A DNA stretch of 48,823 bases from a bacterium (GTDB lineage: Bacteria > SAR324 > XYD2-FULL-50-16). The notes beneath the pieces are model-generated. The model saw only the letters and a list, made by a program, of their open reading frames with translations. It had not been told where the DNA came from and made no database searches. The DNA lies in contig JAVVEA010000022.1 in assembly GCA_032250835.1 (NCBI GenBank), positions 1 through 48,823 of the forward strand, written 5' to 3'. Below are positions 46,101-48,823 of the stretch, in pieces (position 1 is the stretch's first letter; each line of letters opens with the position of its first letter). Made by a program: the position numbers and the translations under genes.

Positions 46101-48823
46101 GCGCCAGTACAGTGACCTACGACCCCCAATTCCCGGCGCTGCCTTCGGTGTCCACCAATGCGCTGGGCCACCAGCAAAAAATGAATTATGACGCCCTGGG
46201 CCGTTTGGCCAGTCAAGTAGACGCCAACGGCAACCGCACCGAATATGCCTATGATCTCTACGGACGCCCTTTAGAAAAACGCCTAGCCGACGGCGGCCTG
46301 ACCCGCTACAGCTATTCCAGCCTCGGCGACCCTACCGGGCAATACAAACAGCAAAGCACCCTGTTCAGTCGCGCCGGGGAACCCCAGGTCTTTAGCACCC
46401 AAACCGAGTATTTTGACGGCCTGGGAAATAGCTACAAAACCATACACCTAGGCGACGACAGCGCCCCGATCTATCAGCTCAAGGAAAACCAAGTGACCCT
46501 AGGCAAGGTCACCCAAAAGACCAGCCTGCCCTATAGCGAAGGGAGCACGATCCAGTGGAGCCAGTCGGTGGTGGACCTGCGCGGGCGGCCTGTGATGCAG
46601 ATCCAACCGGACGGAACCAGCCAAAGTTATGTTTATAGCCCCTTGGAAACCCAGGTCCAATTGCCCAATGGGCAAGTCCAAAAGAACTTAAAAGACCCCT
46701 GGGGCCGGACCGTTCAGCTCACCGAGCCCAACGGCAAGGTCACCTTATACACCTACGACCCCGCCGGACGGGTGACTTTGGTAGACCTGCCCGGCGGAAA
46801 CCGGGTACAGCAGTTTTACGATGGCTTTGGCCGGGTCCGCCAGATGACCGACCCCACCATCGGCACCAGCACCTACCAATACGACCTAGCGGGCAACCTA
46901 TTGCAAAGCACCGACAGCCAAGGACGCACCACCACTCAGGTCTTTGATGCTTTGAACCGGATGGTTTTAAAGCGCTCTCCGGGCGGGTCTGAGTTTAAGC
47001 TGACCTTTGACGATGCCGCCGTGGCAGGCGGCACCGGACGCTTGACCCAGGTGGACGGGCCGGGCCGTATTGTTGAGTTGGGCTATGACAAGCGGGGGCA
47101 AGTCACTTTGCAGTCCATCCAGCTTAAGGCGCTGCCGGGCATCCGCTTCGTCAGCGAAGTGGTCTATGACTTGGCGGGAAGGGTACGCGAAAAGAAGCTA
47201 CCCCAGTTTGGTCCCTTCCCCCGCAGTGTGCAGACTTTCGCCTATAGCGAAGGCGGCAACCTCACCAAGATCGGCCTGAACGGCAATGTTTTGGCTGAGT
47301 ACGGCGGCTTTGACGCCGCCGGACGGGTGGGGCGCGTCACCTTCCAGCCGAGCACCAACCGGGCGGTACACAGCACCTATAGCTACAACGCCAAGGGCTT
47401 GCCCGAGACGGCCCAGGCCAGCGACGCCCTGTCCAACAAGATTTTGGACCTAAGGTACCAATACAATGCAACGGGCCACAAAACGGCGATCCAAGACCTG
47501 AGCGGTACCCAATTGCCGGACTACATGGCCGCCACGGGCTTTGATACCAGCCAAACCTTCGCCTACGACAACCTAGGCCGCCTGACCCAAGCCAGCGGGG
47601 CCTATGGACAGCAGGCCTTTGGGTACGATGACCGCACCAACCTGAACTTCGCCAGCGGCCAAAATGCCAACAGCTACCAATACAACGGCGACCGGTTGGT
47701 TTCGGGTGCCGGATTGAGCCTGACCTACGACGGCTACGGCAACCTGACCCGCAAGGTGCAAAATGCGCTGACCTGGGACTATGGCTACAACGACTTGAAC
47801 CAACTGATTTCGGTCCAAAAGGACGGGACCCTGGTCCAAGAAATGGCCTACGACATGGCCGGGATTCGGTACTTAAAAAAGCTCTACGACCCTGCCGGGG
47901 CCCTGGCTTATACCCAATACGATCCGGTCCCGGAGTTGCGTATCCGCTACCAGCCAAGCGGAACGATCCAGGTGACCAAGCAACTGACCGGGCCGGGCGG
48001 CAAACAATTGGCTAGCTTTGACGAAACCTTCAGTAGCGCCCACCTGGCCCAAGGGGGGCAGTGGGCGGCCTACGCCAACCGCTTTGACGACCACACCCTC
48101 ACGGGCTTCTTCTTTGCGGCGGCCTACCGGGGCCTAGGGTTCTTGTCCCAGCCGAAGGTGGCCCAGCGGTTGCCTGCGGCGGCGGTGGCGTTGCTCTGCT
48201 TGCTGTTGCTGGTACTTTGGTTTAGGCTCTGGAAGCTGGACCCGAACTTTGCGGAAAGCCAGTTTAACCCCTGGCAACGGGGCATGGCCATGGGGCTGGT
48301 TTTCGTGGTGATGTGGGTCGCCTCTTGTAACAACAATTCTTCTTATTCCGACACCACGCCCTTCACCGAAACGCCGGGCGACGCGCCGAGCACCATCAGC
48401 GACGAAACCGTAACCGTCGAAAGTGCCGCCGCCGCGCCGACCGGCGGGACGGTGACCACTGCCGACGGCAGCGCGTCGGTGGGTAATTGGGCCTTTTTTC
48501 ATAGCGATCCGGTGCAGTCTACCTCTTTGGTGACCGACGGGGCGGGCAAGCTGGCCGCGCAGATCAACCACCTGCCCTACGGCGAGGTGGACGCCGCCCA
48601 CTCGGTGGGCAGCGCCGAAGCGCTCAAGCAGTGGGCGAGCTACACAGGCCAGGAACAGGACCCTGAGACGGGCCTGATCTATTACAAGTTCCGCTACTAC
48701 GACCCCAGCTTGCGGCGCTTCATCAGCCCCGACAACATGGTCCCCGGCGGCGGACGGGACCCCCAGGCCTTCAACCGGTACGCTTATGTGTTGGGGAACC
48801 CGGTGGATTTTAATGACCCCGAC
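43103..48823 (+). CDS. large Sec-exported SpvB/TcdB-like + FG-GAP + YD/RHS-repeat protein (3' end beyond window)
   Basis: Not in ORF track (no stop in window). MSANFVSRLVLPFLALTFLVNTAQA signal; DGSFTHAIPL..P...NGMAPQLALSFDS..GNG..G.G; seven DxxxDG-type repeats (e.g. GDFNGDGKTD); many YD..GR repeats; RHS core YTGQEQDPETGLIYYKFRYYDP.LRRF.SPD...NRYAYV.GNPV.FNDPD at the edge; both ends are in the same frame (1907 codons). Confidence 0.92.
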   Translation, partial: MSANFVSRLVLPFLALTFLVNTAQANITEDGSFTHAIPLQTPRAVNGMAPQLALSFDSQAGNGVCGIGCNLAGFGAIYRTEQDKGIHFGDADHYAGPNGLLVDVSGSRTLFRTKHRTGAKYEPAGSCGLAAEPCSWTETLPNGTKKFYGATNDSRIEALGRSGAVRVWALSRVEDLQGNGYDIQYLEDGTGAFYPQVVLYDSSRIEFQWQDRLDYTPQYQGGGMVSQTKLLSKILVKTAGQLERSYRLLYEISADTDRNRLIAFMEMASDDQHILKTQRLDWQDQTSQGAPNVTPFGQLTPDPNLLADPNMQLRTGDFNGDGKTDFVVTDSKLSVHLYTANASGGFTDAGVISFFTGMTSIGTAPMKLHVLDFDGSGTDDIILQGSSDAAATDVQAQTWFLSGNAAGGFHPITEISRSSAHTNHASRMNLPQGSFFHQSVTFDFDDLNGDGHKDIVLFSSITGGAVSDFQVYDRYQFDQCWMRYVPPPGALSKNYQLVSFDLDDNGSTDRILQPYFATDAAFMETSHVMTLGDGSPIPANADRRTVQIFNRPFWQDITYKWGTNPNLWAAQNYQIMHLDLNRDGKLDIIFRPTQVTRMVYMMLNNGDGFDNVQEISARWGLTEAIWAADQYDIARLDLEGDGRTDLIFSSKTTAKPSYILKGAVSGYFEDAVVLNGQYGVAANDWSSANNRLVVADFNGDQLSDLMLVGNTKDSARVIYAATGKRDALVAVRNGLGGTTRVKYQLRSNHPGAISTAASPTAPSSKPNRGPTYLAVEEATDNGRGLTSTKRYQYLNGRYISGNRLTARNLGFEQVVETQVETGAQQVKRFMQDTLLPPVPVKTEQFDETGQLMARSTRTWQQVIYPDGTESMLVLKELNERFEGGQLEVSQETTSTYDAYEYPLTQQVCTNGDCAVTTNTYQHDPTQWVFGELVTSQTTHGGLLLSASRNSYQNHLPTQQEAYFCPQAETCAMGQGSWKILKQVEYDAKGRPVKVTDALGRASTVTYDPQFPALPSVSTNALGHQQKMNYDALGRLASQVDANGNRTEYAYDLYGRPLEKRLADGGLTRYSYSSLGDPTGQYKQQSTLFSRAGEPQVFSTQTEYFDGLGNSYKTIHLGDDSAPIYQLKENQVTLGKVTQKTSLPYSEGSTIQWSQSVVDLRGRPVMQIQPDGTSQSYVYSPLETQVQLPNGQVQKNLKDPWGRTVQLTEPNGKVTLYTYDPAGRVTLVDLPGGNRVQQFYDGFGRVRQMTDPTIGTSTYQYDLAGNLLQSTDSQGRTTTQVFDALNRMVLKRSPGGSEFKLTFDDAAVAGGTGRLTQVDGPGRIVELGYDKRGQVTLQSIQLKALPGIRFVSEVVYDLAGRVREKKLPQFGPFPRSVQTFAYSEGGNLTKIGLNGNVLAEYGGFDAAGRVGRVTFQPSTNRAVHSTYSYNAKGLPETAQASDALSNKILDLRYQYNATGHKTAIQDLSGTQLPDYMAATGFDTSQTFAYDNLGRLTQASGAYGQQAFGYDDRTNLNFASGQNANSYQYNGDRLVSGAGLSLTYDGYGNLTRKVQNALTWDYGYNDLNQLISVQKDGTLVQEMAYDMAGIRYLKKLYDPAGALAYTQYDPVPELRIRYQPSGTIQVTKQLTGPGGKQLASFDETFSSAHLAQGGQWAAYANRFDDHTLTGFFFAAAYRGLGFLSQPKVAQRLPAAAVALLCLLLLVLWFRLWKLDPNFAESQFNPWQRGMAMGLVFVVMWVASCNNNSSYSDTTPFTETPGDAPSTISDETVTVESAAAAPTGGTVTTADGSASVGNWAFFHSDPVQSTSLVTDGAGKLAAQINHLPYGEVDAAHSVGSAEALKQWASYTGQEQDPETGLIYYKFRYYDPSLRRFISPDNMVPGGGRDPQAFNRYAYVLGNPVDFNDPD

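Noticed and set aside
43021-48601. Numerous short ORFs listed over the RHS region
   Set aside because: Antisense or off-frame shadows of the single long + strand frame starting at 43103

Overview
GC-rich bacterial chromosomal window; the gene mix (rnfCDGEAB-rseC, Cache MCP, persulfide dioxygenase, fused otsAB) suggests a Gram-negative of delta/SAR324-like type, which is inference only. From left to right: the start of an IS5-family element; CDGSH, DUF1566 lipoprotein, RhlE-type DEAD-box helicase behind a long structured leader, a Cys-less DsrC/TusE-like protein and a glutathionyl-hydroquinone reductase. Next is a ~5 kb accessory stretch (5.3-10.2 kb) in which six copies of a ~25-bp motif (AAATCAGGTGACAGT(T/A)ACCTAATTT) delimit a BrnTA-like pair, a TIR-domain gene, a HigBA pair and truncated or duplicated neighbouring DNA. 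Then come rhodanese-rubrerythrin, persulfide dioxygenase, a cytochrome c, the Rnf operon, an MCP, an ABC-2 exporter, carbonic anhydrase and trehalose genes. At 29.3-35.5 kb lies a tightly coupled operon of unknown function (PqqD/RRE protein, ATP-grasp ligase, PLP decarboxylase with a YxxPxI leader-like N-terminus, urea-transporter/M23-peptidase fusion, outer-membrane barrel, TPR protein) running into gluQ. The right end holds a diguanylate cyclase, an EamA transporter, a DUF3050 / CCE_0567-like pair with a NifA/sigma54-type promoter, tRNA-Gly(CCC), and a >1900-aa Sec-exported SpvB/FG-GAP/RHS protein, missing from the ORF track, with an internal two-helix + lipobox insertion. Best novel-system candidates: the PqqD/ATP-grasp/decarboxylase/UT-M23 operon and the motif-delimited cassette array. 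All family calls come from motif recognition by eye, not database searches.
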